Source of the DNA: Eutreptiella sp. 'Long Island Sound 2002'
Lineage: Eukaryota > Protista > Euglenida
Reading direction: 5' to 3'
Length of the DNA: 64,000 nucleotides
NCBI GenBank assembly: GCA_964036045.1
Contig: OZ038378.1
Coordinates: 30,132,001-30,196,000, forward strand
In this document: piece after piece, positions 36,421 to 48,319 of the stretch
Position numbering within the stretch: position 1 is the stretch's first letter
How the letters are laid out: every line of letters begins with the position of its first letter
Translations under genes and position numbers: made by a program
The notes under the pieces: generated by a model
The model's database searches: none
What the model saw: only the letters and a program-made list of their open reading frames with translations
Told to the model about the DNA's origin: nothing

Positions 36421-38143
36421 TCTTGGGACGTTGAGGGATGCAACGCCAAACAATTCACAGGGCACGTTGGATGATGCACACAATCAACCCATTGGATGCA
36501 TGTGTTTTCGTCTTGCCAAGTTTGCGCCATCTATGTGTATGTGCATCCAGTATATTTTGTTATTTGTACAGTGTGCGGGGCTTGGATCTGGCAAAGGAGT
36601 GTGGGTAGCCCTCGCCAAGTGGGCACCAACGGAATGCACCTTCGGTGCATAAGCCCTATAGCACGGCAAGCAACGCATGGAAAGGGCTGTATTATTCACG
36701 AGGGAGATCCATATGCAGCCCGAGGGCCGTAGACACATTTGAGCGGGCACGAGAGGCGGTTCTCTATGTGTGTGTGGTCCACCTCTTCTGCTCAATCACA
36801 CCCTCAGCATGGTGAGCGGATTATGTTTTTTCAGCGCTCGCCCTCCCATGCCCCTGTGAAAACAAGGTAAGGCGCGAGGCTGTATATCCATGTCCTCTTC
36901 CATATTTTGAGGCACAGCGCCCCCGGGGGGAAGGAGGAATAGCGGACCATCTCTTCAGTGGCTGCGGAGTATTCAGTGTGTGCGGGGGTCGGGAGCGTCC
37001 CGTAATGGTGTGCGGACGTGCTCATTGCACACAATGCTTCTTTGGAGCAGCGCCTTGGTCCGGGGAATGCTCGTTTCCAGGCTAGGTGTCTAGTAGGGGT
37101 TACCACATTGTGATGCCTTTTGCTGCAGCAGCCCCCTCCTGGTAATCGTGCACCGTGCACATGGTGGCAGATTGTGCAAGGCACATCGATGTGAGTGCAG
37201 AAGCCTCCCACCGCGATTGCGGTCTCCTCCACGGCGGCCGCGTCGACTAGTACCTGTGCCAAGGCACCAGGCGGCTACGCAGCCACGGTCGATGCCAGCG
37301 CTGCTGCTACACTTGTTGTGAAACCCTGGTACTTACTCCTCTTATTCCTCTGTGCCAGCTCCATCGGTCTCTAATCCACTTGCAGCACCATCTGCGGTGG
37401 GAGGGTGATGTAGTGTGGTCCGCTTCGAGCACGGGGGCATGGGATGCTTGCACCAGTATCCGGTGGGCCGGTGCGGTGTTGTAGCTACAACCACTGCCGC
37501 CGTGCATGCTGCACCTAGCGCAACCTCCGCTCGCCGCAATTTGGTGTGGGCCCGCCCTCGGGCCCTCGTGCCCGGCTCGACACGGGGTGGTGCCGTTGGC
37601 AGCAGCACGCTCGCTGCCGGCCGTAGTGCCGGCCCCGTACACAACCACCGGGTGGTAGGCGATGGGGGGGGTCCTGTGTCTCCGTCGCTTGGTGACTAGC
37701 GGTGTGAGTGGGATGTGCGGTTAGCGCATCAGTGGGTAGTGTGAGGGGCCTGGAGAGCGCAGGCATTGACCTTTGCGTGGGCCTTCAGGTGGTGCCCCTG
37801 GCCTAGTGCGTGTTGGTGCTGGCGTGCACACTTTGTGGGGCCCGCGGGCGGAGCAGTGTCATACGCCTCTCTGCATTAGTGTGCAGCGAGGGCAGGGCGG
37901 CAGCCCATGCAGGGCGCATACTTTCGAAAGCGGGCGCCGGTCTATGTGCCCTGGGGTGTGGTGTTCTTTGCAATAGCATACTGCCCCTGGGATTCTCAGT
38001 CTCTTGCATGTGGAACACGCTGGCAAACAGTGCGCTGGGCACATTGAGTGCACTAGCGGCGCGCGTGTGACCGGTGTCAGCGCGTTAGCCACTGCCTTGC
38101 GGCGTGCTGTGACAGAATATGGCGCTTGCCACGGGGGCCGCCG

Positions 38144-38270
38144 CCAGCCAATGTGTGACCCCGAGGGGTGTTCGACAGTTTGGGGGGCTGTAGGGGGGGG
38201 GGGGACCCCACCCCCCTCCGAAGGGGGGGGGGACCCCTCCCCCCCCCCTTGGTTGATCCAAACCCAGCAC
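38144..38270. repeat. Dispersed repeat family E, fullest copy, with alternating G- and C-tracts
   Basis: Contains both segments seen separately at 23183-23234 and 28405-28474. Confidence 0.65.
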
Positions 38271-38468
38271 CTTTTCCGGCAGGCCCCGTCCAAGCGCGCA
38301 AACACATAAAGCTAACAAGATGCACTGTGAATGGTCATTGTTTTGCTGCACTGCAGCACTTTCAGAGTAGTATTGAATGTTGCCTTGAGTTCGCCCAAAG
38401 GCCTTTCCTTCCCCTTGTCACAAACCACAGACATATATGTAGAGAAGCGAAGGGAGCCACAGACATAT

Positions 38469-38491
38469 AGAGAGAGAGAGAGAGAGAGAGA
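38469..38491. repeat. (GA)n microsatellite
   Basis: About 11 AG units. Confidence 0.9.
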
Positions 38492-39059
38492 AGCGAAGGG
38501 AGGGGAGGGGCCTCAAGCTTCGGTCTTGTGGACCTTGCCTTGAAGGTGTGCTTGAATGGCTTGATCCGTGACGGACCGTAACACCATTCCGCACTCACAA
38601 TCATATTGCGTGTGGTAGGGCATTGTCTAAGATGTCTGAAGCACCATGAAGGAAAAACGGACACGAAAGAAACGCGCTACACATCACACATCTCACTTCG
38701 CAAGGTCAAGCATCACAGCGTAGGCAATTTTAGAGGTGGGGAACCGCCCCTGCAACTTAGCCTAAGGGGTTACTCTACAACAACGGAGGCCTCCACTCTA
38801 CCTCCTCACCATTGCAAGAGACGTATCTAATGCAACTCCTTTTGTGACGAGGGGTATGAACAAACGAACAGATTAACGAACAAATCCCACAAGCTAGTTT
38901 GGCCGCAGCAGCATGGTGTTTAGGTGGGCAACAAACGGCATTTATATAGCGCCCCGTCTTGCCCTATCCGGCGCTGGTCCCTGGTAAGGGGTCCAGGTGC
39001 CCCGTGTGGGTTTGCTGAAATGGATTGAGTCAAGAAGCGTCGGAGTCCTACCTCAACCC

Positions 39060-39440
39060 TACATTCCCGGGGTCCCCAGCAAAGGGGACAAAATGCATAG
39101 GCAAGGTGGCTACATAACCTTTTTTGTGCTTTTCAGCCATTTTTGAATTCTCCACAAAATTCTGAGTATTTTGAGTATAGACACATAGGGTGGAACAAGA
39201 AAAATTCCCCCCGCCGTATGCCTAAAACAAAATCTCCGGCGCCGACAAAGCACCTTGTTCCGTGCGACAATTTTGGGGTCCGTAGAGGGGGGGGGGGGGT
39301 CCCCCCCCCCCCCTTTGGGGTCGGGTCCTGACCAGGAGCGGCCCCCGTGGCGCTTGCTGTACACGGCCAGACCCAATGACCGGAAACAAGTAACTTGCAA
39401 ATGTGGTGGACCCCCCCCCTTGGCGCACAGCGCTGCGGAC
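39060..39440 (-). repeat. Dispersed repeat family F, longer copy, adjacent to a fragment of the 170-bp unit
   Basis: The reverse complement of 39160-39200 matches 60775-60808. GGGGTCCCCAGCAAAGGGGACAAAAT near 39068-39094 matches the 170-bp unit in the Harbinger-like element. Confidence 0.55.
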
Positions 39441-42302
39441 GGCATAAGGCCCGTGTTCAGGCCGCTCGCCAGTGCACGTTGAAGGCGTGCCTATTCCACC
39501 TCTTCGGTTGTACGACACACACGGTAGACATACGGGCGTTGCGCGTGTGTTCGTGCATGCGTGCGTAGAGTCTACATGGACTCATAGCAACGTGCAAGCT
39601 GCTCCATGTGGGATAACATGGCTGAGCGGCAGGCAAAGTATGGCCGTTTGTTCAGTCCTGCCAGCGTTGGACCCCCCATTGAAACAAGCGCTGCTGAGCG
39701 CGTAATGTCTTTGGCTGGGTGCAGTGTGCCTGACTTGACCTGTCGTTGCAATGTGCATAGGGCCAACTTGAGGACCCGGGCTCTCTCTCGTAGGGGTAAC
39801 GTGTGTCCCCTGAATTTTGCTTGTGGGGCCGACGGCAGTGTTCGCTCAGCGAACTCCTCAAAATTTGGAGCCAGCTCAACAAAGGTGACAGTCCCTGTAT
39901 CGTCGGTCCATTGTAGGGCTCTCAGCCGGCGCAACAGGTCCGTGATGCAGCTCACCTCCCAGGGGAAAGTGCAATTCGTGGGATTGTGCAGTGAGGCAAT
40001 CGGTGTGTCTTGGGGGCGTGGAAGGGGTCCCACCAGTTGCTGGCATGTGTATGCTCTAGCTAAATCCGCCCGTACCTTTGAAAAGAGTTTCGGTGAGTTC
40101 TTATCATGTATTTTTCGTGCCGCCAACACCGAAACGAACATGGTGTGCAGTGCCAGGATGAATGGCAAATCATGCTGCTCCACTTGCCTGTTGATGGGGG
40201 CTGGGAGGTCCGGGACTAAGCCACTGATTTTGAGGCAAGGGGGCCACGGCGCGAAGGGGGGGAGCTCCGGGATTTTGGCTGCGAGTGTATGCACTTGTTG
40301 TATGTGTGTCCCCGTGCCTGGGCCCAAGCCGTGCAGTGCCATAGTATGTGCTCTTCAGTTTCATCTGTGGCTTTGCAGTAAGGACAGAGTGGCGACCTGA
40401 TGAGTCCTAGCTGGTATGCTCGGACTGCTATCGAGAGTGCCCCCGCCAGGAGTGTATGCAGGAGTGCGCGCTCTAGCTCTGAAGTAAAAGAGGCAATGTT
40501 GGCATTGATGAGCCGCCTGTTTGTGTGGTAATGCATGCCTTCGAACTGTCTGGGTCTGCGTGCAATGAGCACCGTAATCAGCTGAGAGCGCAGCTGTTCC
40601 CTTATGTTGTGCTTGACGAGTTCGTAGTCCCCGGTGAGGTGTAGCGTGTCGATGAAGCCTAGAACTGACCACTCCCACCAGCCTGCTTGCGGCTTCCACC
40701 CCCAGGCATGCAATGTGTGCAGCGCCCACCCGAAGGGTCCTGACTGTCGTGTGTGTGGTCTGCGTCCCCAAATGCACTGCGCTGTGATGAGGGAGGGCCC
40801 CCGCGCTTTGAATAGCCTGGCAAGCCAGGCGGCCCTGCTGTAAGGAATCATTAGGGTGGGAGAAATCCTCCAACCCGAACATACAATGCTGAAGACAATT
40901 TCTTTCGCCTTGCCTGGTCTGGAGTTTCCCTAGATAGTGCGCATGCTTTTGGTTTCGAAAGGCCGGACACTTTTCAGATCAATGGGCACTATCTCTGATG
41001 CATGCAGTCCTGTGGCATTGGCCATGGTGGATACGACTTTGCACCGGTCCTCAAAGTTTCCCTGGGTGCCGTGCACTTGCTCCAGGAGCGCAGAGGCTTT
41101 GCTGGTCCGTTTAAGAATCAGCGGTCCTGAGACTGGTGGTCCACACCCCGGCTCCCAGTGAGCAGAACTTTGTTTCGTTGGGGAAAGGTGTGCCACGCAT
41201 TTGGACTGTTTGTGGGCCGTCTGGAGTTATAAAATTGACCGACTTTTTTGGGTTGACGTCCTGTCTTGTCACCTGTAGCCACGTGTGTGTGCATTCTAGG
41301 AGTGGCTGGACAGAGTGTTGCCCTGATGCCACTCCATACGTATCATCAGCATACCCTAGGGCTGTGATGATGAAGTGCAGTGCTTCGCCCCCCCCCCGGG
41401 GGGGGGGGGAGGACTGTGGCTGAGATTTGTGTCGCCTGCCTCGGCGCATTCAGCACCTTTTTACAGATGCTTGTAAGAAGGGTAAAAAGGATGACGCTGA
41501 GCTGGCAGCCTTGCAAAATTCCAAGTTGCCGCAAAGAAGGAGCACAGGCAGCCCAGGATTTTAAAGCATCTCTTGAGCTGTGCATACATGCCAGACAGTG
41601 CACTGTGGGTTCCCTCATGCATGCCCTGTAGGATAGCTACTCTGAGCACCACCTACTGTGGTATTAAATCAAACAGTTGACATAGTCAACCCCGAAGCTT
41701 GTGAGGCACTCTTGGATGATATTGTGCAGCTCAAAGAGTAGGGCAATGAGCGCTGCGGCATCTGTCGCCACGCGCTTCTTCCACAAACCAAGGGCATGCG
41801 ATGCGCCCAGGACTCCTGCCACACCATGCACTCTTCCAGCCTTATCCCTGCCCACACTCTTTATAGTTGCGATAGCACTGAGAGTGGCCGTTGCTGCATG
41901 GGCAGCATTCCCTCACCCTTGGGAATCAAGGAGACATAACCCCTGGCCAAAATGCGTGGCCATTTCCCTGTGGCTTCCACACCTGCCAGTAAATTAGCCA
42001 GCATGTTGAGCACTGAGTCAGGCAGGCACAATAGATCTGCCACGCACAACCCATGCAAACCCATGGCCGTGAGCACCCCCATTTTCTTTAACCGTTTACG
42101 GAGTCTTGCTCCTGTGATGGGGGCTGAGACCATGTCTGCCTTCTTCTTAATGAAGCGGCTGTACTGTTGCACAAAATTATCACGGCCGGGCTCTGGTGTA
42201 TCCGTGTATTTGCGCATTACTTTGTCACATGATTCGTGCAAAATTTCATCCATTCTCTGCACATTGGATGTCGACTCTCCTGTACGTGGGTCTTGCAGCA
42301 TT

Positions 42303-42766
42303 GGCCAAGATCTCGCACTCACAGAGGCTAGGATACTCACCCAAGAATACCTGTCACCCGTTTACTAGGGGGAAGACTGAAAGATGTCAATACCATAGGG
42401 TTGGCCAGGTACTCGATACTTCTGGTTGTGGTTATAACCAACAGCATCGTCGAAGAAGAACGGTCCGGTCCTGGTGTCGACTCGCCACCTTCGAATATCA
42501 GCGATCGAGAGCCTTCGAGCGACGATGACCACGTTGACTTCTCTGCAGTTGTGGACGTGGCCATAGTGATCCATGATCTTGAGCATCTCGGTTCGAGAAT
42601 CACCTTGAAGTACCAAGGTTTTGGTGCCACATCCTAAATAGTTGGGAAGCCAAAAAAACAATGGTACGGAACCAAAAACTTGTGAAAAGGGGCCAAAACT
42701 AGGGTTCGAGTATTTGCCGACATCCAAAACTTCGCACTGCGTGCGCACTGCATGCATGGCATTCCC
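42303..42766. mobile_element. 464-bp Harbinger-like/MITE insertion in LINE C, TSD ATT
   Basis: ATT at 42300-42302 and 42767-42769. Removal restores the LINE frame (PPVVMLQDP). The right end carries CGCACTGCGTGCGCACTGC, the family subterminal motif. The termini are more diverged than in the other three copies. Confidence 0.8.
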
Positions 42767-43326
42767 ATTACCACGGGGGGTTGAAATTCATTCTTGATCC
42801 ATTTGTATACCTCCTTGGGGCGGTCCAGCCATGCCTCGCCCATTTTTTCGCGCCATTTGCGCAAACGCTCCCGTGCCTGCTGCCAGGCGTATAGCCTGCC
42901 CAGCTGCCGCAGTGAGCCATGCAGCGACATGATGTCCACCAACGCGGGGAGGGATCGTGGCACAGGTGCTGTGGGGTCAGGGGCCAGATGAACCAAGTCG
43001 TGTAGGCACAAGTCTTCGCGCACCACCCTGCCAATTGTGCGCATTCTTCTGCATCCCGCATCCAAAACCTGCCGGACCTGGAGGGGAATGACACCCAGCT
43101 GGGTCAGTTTTTGTCTTGCTTTGCGTGTGGCCTAGTGTAGGTTCCCTGTGCCAATGGCCTTTCTAGCCCAACGAATGACTGGCCGTAGTGTGCCCAAGGC
43201 ATTTTGTATTTTGGAAAGTAAGCGCGTGCGTGGAGCGTCACGTGCGGTAGTTTTGGAAGGGCCCAACCCTATTTCTATGAGCATCTCATCTGTGCCTCGC
43301 CCTCTGTGCGGAGTGCCGGGTGCATA

Positions 43327-43582
43327 GGCCATGAGGCAACGGAAACTGGGCTCGCATATGCCCCCGTGTCACGGGCGCATGGTCATAACCACATTGTTCA
43401 GTGTGTTTCTTGCTGCACTGCAGCGCAGACCAGTTCTATACCACACCAGGTGGTTGCTGACTGTACTTTGGCTTTGGTTCTCTGGACAATGAGGTCAGCT
43501 CGCACCCTCCACCCTCCCACAGTGCGGGTTAGTCTCTAACCCTTGCCCTGCAGGTCGTGCCCCTGTCAAGCACTATGCACTA
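43327..43582 (+). mobile_element. SINE-like short element, copy 2, inserted in LINE C with a 9-11 bp TSD
   Basis: GGGTGCATA(GG) at 43318-43328 and 43583-43593. Homologous to 23233-23474. Confidence 0.85.
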
Positions 43583-43688
43583 GGGTGCATAGGGGAGGGG
43601 GGTGACAGTGTCTGTTGTGAGGGAGTCGCAGCTGAGTGCCAGCCCTGTCTCTTCGGCCATCCAAGTCCCAGAGAACATCCACTCCGGT

Positions 43689-43888
43689 GTTTAAATTGTT
43701 TTTTCCCCCCATGGGCTTGGCACTTGCTGCTTCGCCCCACCAAACCTCCTGCACCTCCTTCCACCTCCCCTCACTGCCATCCACGCAGCAGACGAGACAA
43801 CGGTGCACAGTCGTGGACATTGCTGAACCCAAAGAACGTAGTGTCGCGTGACCATTTTGCTGCTGTGCCGGCGACACCATCCGTCGCC
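43689..43888. repeat. YR element terminal repeat B2
   Basis: About 200 bp with a few substitutions relative to 44199-44397. Confidence 0.95.
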
Positions 43889-44096
43889 GGCACAGCAGCG
43901 CCTGTACCCGTGCCTGCGGTGGGCGGTGGTTCTCCCGTGAAACGTGTCACGGCCCCATCGGGGCCGCTCGCTGGCGAGTTGCTGTGTGCCCCTGCGCCAC
44001 ACTTCGCCCTGCGGCCCTCGCGACCCTTAGCCACGCCTTGCGCGCTCACCCACGCACGTCCGGCACGCGCTTGGTGTTTTAGGGAGGGGGGGAGGG

Positions 44097-44397
44097 CGAC
44101 GGCACACCACAAAACAAACAAACACTAGGCGAGTGTTCACGAGGTGCCCTCCTCCCACCCTTGCCCAATTTAAACTCAAGTTTACTGCATAAACTTTAGT
44201 TTAAATTGTTTTTCCCCCCATGGGCTTGGCACTTGCTGCTTCGCCCCACCAAACCCCCTGCACCTCCTTCCACCTCCCCTCACTGCCATCCACGCAGCAG
44301 ACGAGACAACAGTGCAAAGTCGTGGACATTGCTGAACCCAAAGAACGTAGTGTTGCGTGACCATTTTGCTGCTGTGCCGGCAACACCATCCGTCACC
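44097..44397. repeat. YR element internal A2/B1 junction
   Basis: 44097-44200 matches A1 and 44199-44397 matches B2. Confidence 0.95.
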
Positions 44398-44480
44398 ACC
44401 ACCACCAAGGAACACAAAAAAATTACTCAAAATCACCCTTCTTACTGGGGCTGGCCCATATCTCCACTTGCGCTTGCCAC

Positions 44481-45098
44481 CTATCCGTGCCCACCCCCCT
44501 CTTGCTGCACTTCCCGCATCACCGCGGCCACCGCCCGCACCATAGCCGGCGAACCGGCGGCCCAAAGCCTTTGCGTCCCCGGCGGTAGTCGTGGCCCGTG
44601 TTTCAGCTTTTCCACCGTTACGGAGACTCGTACGCCGTGTGTCGCCCCGGTCCACTCTGGGATGAAGACCGCTCGCTCCATGGAGTGCGTTCCCTGCGGC
44701 TTTCCTTCGACTTTGCGTTGCGTCTCGCGCTGCCATGTTGCCTCGACACGTCTGCACAATCGCATCACGACCGGAAAGCGCTTGCTTTTCGCCAGCTCTG
44801 GTGTGACCATCCATGTTCGATATGACACGCTCGCCACCTCGCATACTTCTTCAAACCGGTGAGCCGCCACCAGTCTATCGTCTCTTCGCCCCCGCTTAGC
44901 CGCCACCTGCGCCGCATCGCGCTGTGCGTCGCCGGCCCATGGCATGTGTAGCGCACGTGTCGCCGCAAAACAAATTTTGCCACGAGCAGTGCACAACACT
45001 CCCCTCAACAGCCCAAGCACTTGCTGCCGGGCCCACGCACGACGCTCACGCACACCCACCGCAGGCTCACCACAGGCGCGCAGACTCACGGCCCGCAA
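44481..45098 (-). CDS. Unknown 205-codon ORF directly after the RH stop, in frame with RH
   Basis: Open frame between the RH stop (45099) and repeat B1. No methyltransferase or other recognisable motif, and no ATG at its start. Confidence 0.45.
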   Translation of the reverse strand: MRAVSLRACGEPAVGVRERRAWARQQVLGLLRGVLCTARGKICFAATRALHMPWAGDAQRDAAQVAAKRGRRDDRLVAAHRFEEVCEVASVSYRTWMVTPELAKSKRFPVVMRLCRRVEATWQRETQRKVEGKPQGTHSMERAVFIPEWTGATHGVRVSVTVEKLKHGPRLPPGTQRLWAAGSPAMVRAVAAVMREVQQEGGGHG

Positions 45099-46803
45099 TC
45101 AGAACCGCAAGACGCCCCAACATTCTGTCTGAGTGCAAACAGGTAACAAATCTGCCATTTGGTCGAAGGCAGACCCCAGTGCCATGCTCTTGTCACCAAA
45201 AAAATTGCTGCGGACCCGAGACAGGTAGTCCGCCGGCATGATGGCCCCGGGTACATACGAAAGGTGTACCGAAGTCCCCCCCTTTGCCACAGCATACATT
45301 ACTTGTCGAACGCACCGACGCTGCTCCCGCAGCCCAATTCCCACTTTCCCTGTTCTCAGGCCCCAGAGCACCCCTTGGTTGTCCAGATGCAGTGTAGCCC
45401 ACGGGAGTTTCCGTCCCACCACCGATTTGACGGCCGCAGCCGCCCCTCGAAATTCTAGCACCTGCTGGTTCTGCAGCGGCACACGCAAGGAGTGGTGTGC
45501 TCCTGCCAATGAGCACATACCCAGCCTGCCACTATTTCCGTCCCGCGCCGCGTCGGAGTACACCTGCGGGCACAGCCCCTTTGGGGGCGGGGGGGGGTAA
45601 CGTAGGAGGCCACCAGCCCCTTCCCGCAAACCACAACGCACCCGACAGCGACCGCAGAAGGTTTGTGGGCGGGCGCGTCATCCATTTTGCGCCCCACTGC
45701 ACGTGCGCAATGGGCCTGGCCACTAGCTCCCTCTCCGGCCGACTGGACGACTTGTCACTGATGAGGAAGCCAGCGCTTGCCAGAACTTCCTTGAACTCCG
45801 CCACCTTTGTGGCGACGGCGGCCTCGGAGTCGCCGAACACCAGAAAATCATCCAGGTAGTGCATGAGCCGCAGCACCGCCCCTGCCACCTCCAGCCCCAC
45901 CTTCCCCGTCAATTGTGCCAGCAGTCGCTGACACAGTAGTGGACTGTAACTTCAACCAAACGGCAGCGTCCTAAAAACCCACATGCACTCCTGCCCCCCC
46001 ACACGAAACAGGTGGCTCTTCCCCTCAGGCAGCAGTATGGACCAGTAACAATTTGTGACGTCAATGTTGGCCCCCCAGCCACGCAGCGCTTGCGAAAAAA
46101 CCTCCGCTAAAGACTCTACTTGAGGCAGGCTGACACGCGGCACCTTGTACCCGCCCTCCCACTGCCTCTGGTTGGCGCGCACCCCGTGCAGGATAAGCCG
46201 CGCCTTGGTCTCATTCTTGGGGATGGGGGAGGCAGCCGCCGTAGGCGACCACGGAATGCCCAAGGCATCCGCCTCCTGCTTCGACAGTTGCTGCAGTGCC
46301 CGTGTCCTTGCAATGGCGCTGAGCATGTCAGCCGTGGATCCCCGCACCTTCCGTACCTCCTCAGCAGACGATAGCAAAAACTCCTGTCGCGGACTGACAT
46401 AGATCTGCCACACCCACTCCGGCAGCGGAACCGCACCCACAGATCCTATCCCTTTTTGGGCTATCTCAGGAGTCACCTCACCTTCCGGCACGGCGGGGTA
46501 AATGCCGTCCAGCAATTCCCTAAGCCCTTCCATGACCATGGCCTCGCACAGGTGCATCCATGTTAGCAGTGGCTTGTCGTCCCTCAAATCCTCACTCAAC
46601 TGGAACACCTCTCTCCTGAACACATCCAACGCCTTGTACGCGCGTCCCTGCTCTACACCCCACTTTTGCGCAAAACGCAGCGAAAGCTGATACATGGTCT
46701 CTCGGAACCTGGCCTTGGAGGGCCGCCCCGCCCCAACGGTAGCATCAGACGTTACCCCCGCCCCGACATGACACACGCAGGCCACGTACGACGCGCATAC
46801 CAC
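45099..46803 (-). pseudogene. DIRS-type reverse transcriptase plus RNase H (one nonsense codon, one homopolymer frameshift)
   Basis: IPKNETKARLI, IDVTNCYWSI, LPFG*SYSP (TGA where TGG is expected), HYLDDFL; RH VYSDAA, LEF, LDNQGV, YVPGAIMPADYLSR. Confidence 0.9.
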
Positions 46804-46888
46804 CGCAACCTACCACACCCGCGAAACCAGTCGCACCAGTACCGCCAACAAAGCGCCAAACCCGCCTACGCACAGCCACAGCTCTCCA

Positions 46889-48319
46889 CTAAGTGGTGGA
46901 GGAGTAAGACGAGTAGGACACGCTGCCGGTGGCTCTCCGCACTCGCTTGAACTCCCCCTGTGCTCGGGCCTCCTCAGCGCGTACTCTTTTGAACTTAGGG
47001 ACCAGGCGCAAGGGGGTGGGGGCCTCCTCTGTGGGTCGGCAGTCGGACGGAGTCGACTCGGTCGAGGAGGCCGGCACTTGCTGCCCACCGCCCCGAGCTT
47101 GTCGCGCCCCTGTCGAGCTGCCGCCCCCGTTGCCGGGCGCCTGCCTGTGCTTGGCGAGCTGTCCCTTCGGTCGCAGTTTGCTCCCCGCCCCCCCCTGGGC
47201 CGCCGTCGAATTCCCAGCGTGCCTGTCGGCCCCGGGCATGGTCCTTGAGGGCCCAAAGGCCACATGCTCCTTTCTGTGCTTCCACTGCTGTCGTATCCCA
47301 GACGACCAGAGCTGCTCGAGCCGTAGGGACGTCGTGCAGCTGCGCCACCTGCCTCCACCTCCCTCTCGGGGGGGCCGCGGCCAGAAATCCTCCGCTTGCA
47401 CGGGCTGCGTTTCGGTCGGATGCGCGTACCACCGTGCGGTGGAGTCACGCGCCCAGCGGCCCCACACGGCAACCTGCCGGATTGTGGCCCCAGCCGTCCA
47501 CATAGCCCGAGCTCCGGCTCTGCGCCGCGCGTGCCAGCGGGCACCCTCAAACGGGGATCCGACGAGGAGGCGTTGCATGCCTTTTTCCAGCTGTTGTGTC
47601 GTCCACGGCCGTCTTCCTTCCGCCGCCGGCTCTGGGAAGTGGCGCTGGAGCCACTGCAGCCACTCCCTTGTAAGCGGCGTGAGTGACCTTTGTTGCCAGT
47701 CCTGCCTCGTCTTGGAGTCGAAGAACCGCACCGCGTCATCCACGACCGCCCAAGGTTGTAGGGTGACTGCCTCTCCGACGCGCAGGAAGAGCTGGAACGA
47801 GACGATGGCCAGCCCTACCACTGCCCAGTCCTCCAAGCTGCTGGTCCTTGCCGCCATGTGTAGCAGCATGATCGGGGATCCCCAGATACGCTCTTTTGCC
47901 GCGTTCCTTGTCTTCTTCGCCGCCTTGACGGATCTCCAGATGGTGGTCGGGATGCACGCGTCAACCAGCCGCACCTCGGTCGCCATAATGGCTGCGCTGA
48001 TGATCCCCTTGATTGTGCTCTCCGACTTCCCCAATCGGGCGCACTCCAATATGGTCTGCTCCAGGACCCGCTCCTTGGCATCACATGGGAACCGCTGCTC
48101 GACCGCCGCCAGCCTGCGTAGGTGACACTGGTATGTCCCCAATGACGATTCTTCCCATCCCAGCAGGACAAACGTCTGCCAACTGTGCAGAGCGTCTTGC
48201 GTGCGTAGTCTCTCCATCTTCTGGAGGGCCGACCCCGAACCGTCCCCTCCACGGGCACTTGCTGCCCCCCTGCGCCCGCCGCCCCGTTGGGCCCCGAGGC
48301 GGCGGGGGCCCCCTTCCAT
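46889..48319 (-). CDS. Tyrosine recombinase (476 aa, open)
   Basis: Catalytic pattern R (FLRVGEA), K-region (FFDSKT), HxxR (WHARRRAGA), GRW and Y (STARWY). Confidence 0.92.
   Translation of the reverse strand: MEGGPRRLGAQRGGGRRGAASARGGDGSGSALQKMERLRTQDALHSWQTFVLLGWEESSLGTYQCHLRRLAAVEQRFPCDAKERVLEQTILECARLGKSESTIKGIISAAIMATEVRLVDACIPTTIWRSVKAAKKTRNAAKERIWGSPIMLLHMAARTSSLEDWAVVGLAIVSFQLFLRVGEAVTLQPWAVVDDAVRFFDSKTRQDWQQRSLTPLTREWLQWLQRHFPEPAAEGRRPWTTQQLEKGMQRLLVGSPFEGARWHARRRAGARAMWTAGATIRQVAVWGRWARDSTARWYAHPTETQPVQAEDFWPRPPREGGGGRWRSCTTSLRLEQLWSSGIRQQWKHRKEHVAFGPSRTMPGADRHAGNSTAAQGGAGSKLRPKGQLAKHRQAPGNGGGSSTGARQARGGGQQVPASSTESTPSDCRPTEEAPTPLRLVPKFKRVRAEEARAQGEFKRVRRATGSVSYSSYSSTT

Noticed and set aside
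36017-36652. 211-aa Ala/Cys-rich plus-strand ORF as a gene
   Set aside because: It is the antisense reading of the 39-bp repeat tract.
43329-43350. Minimal hammerhead ribozyme (ATGAG-GCAA-C-GGAAAC)
   Set aside because: The required CUGA core is absent (GCCATGA instead of CTGATGA) in all three copies.
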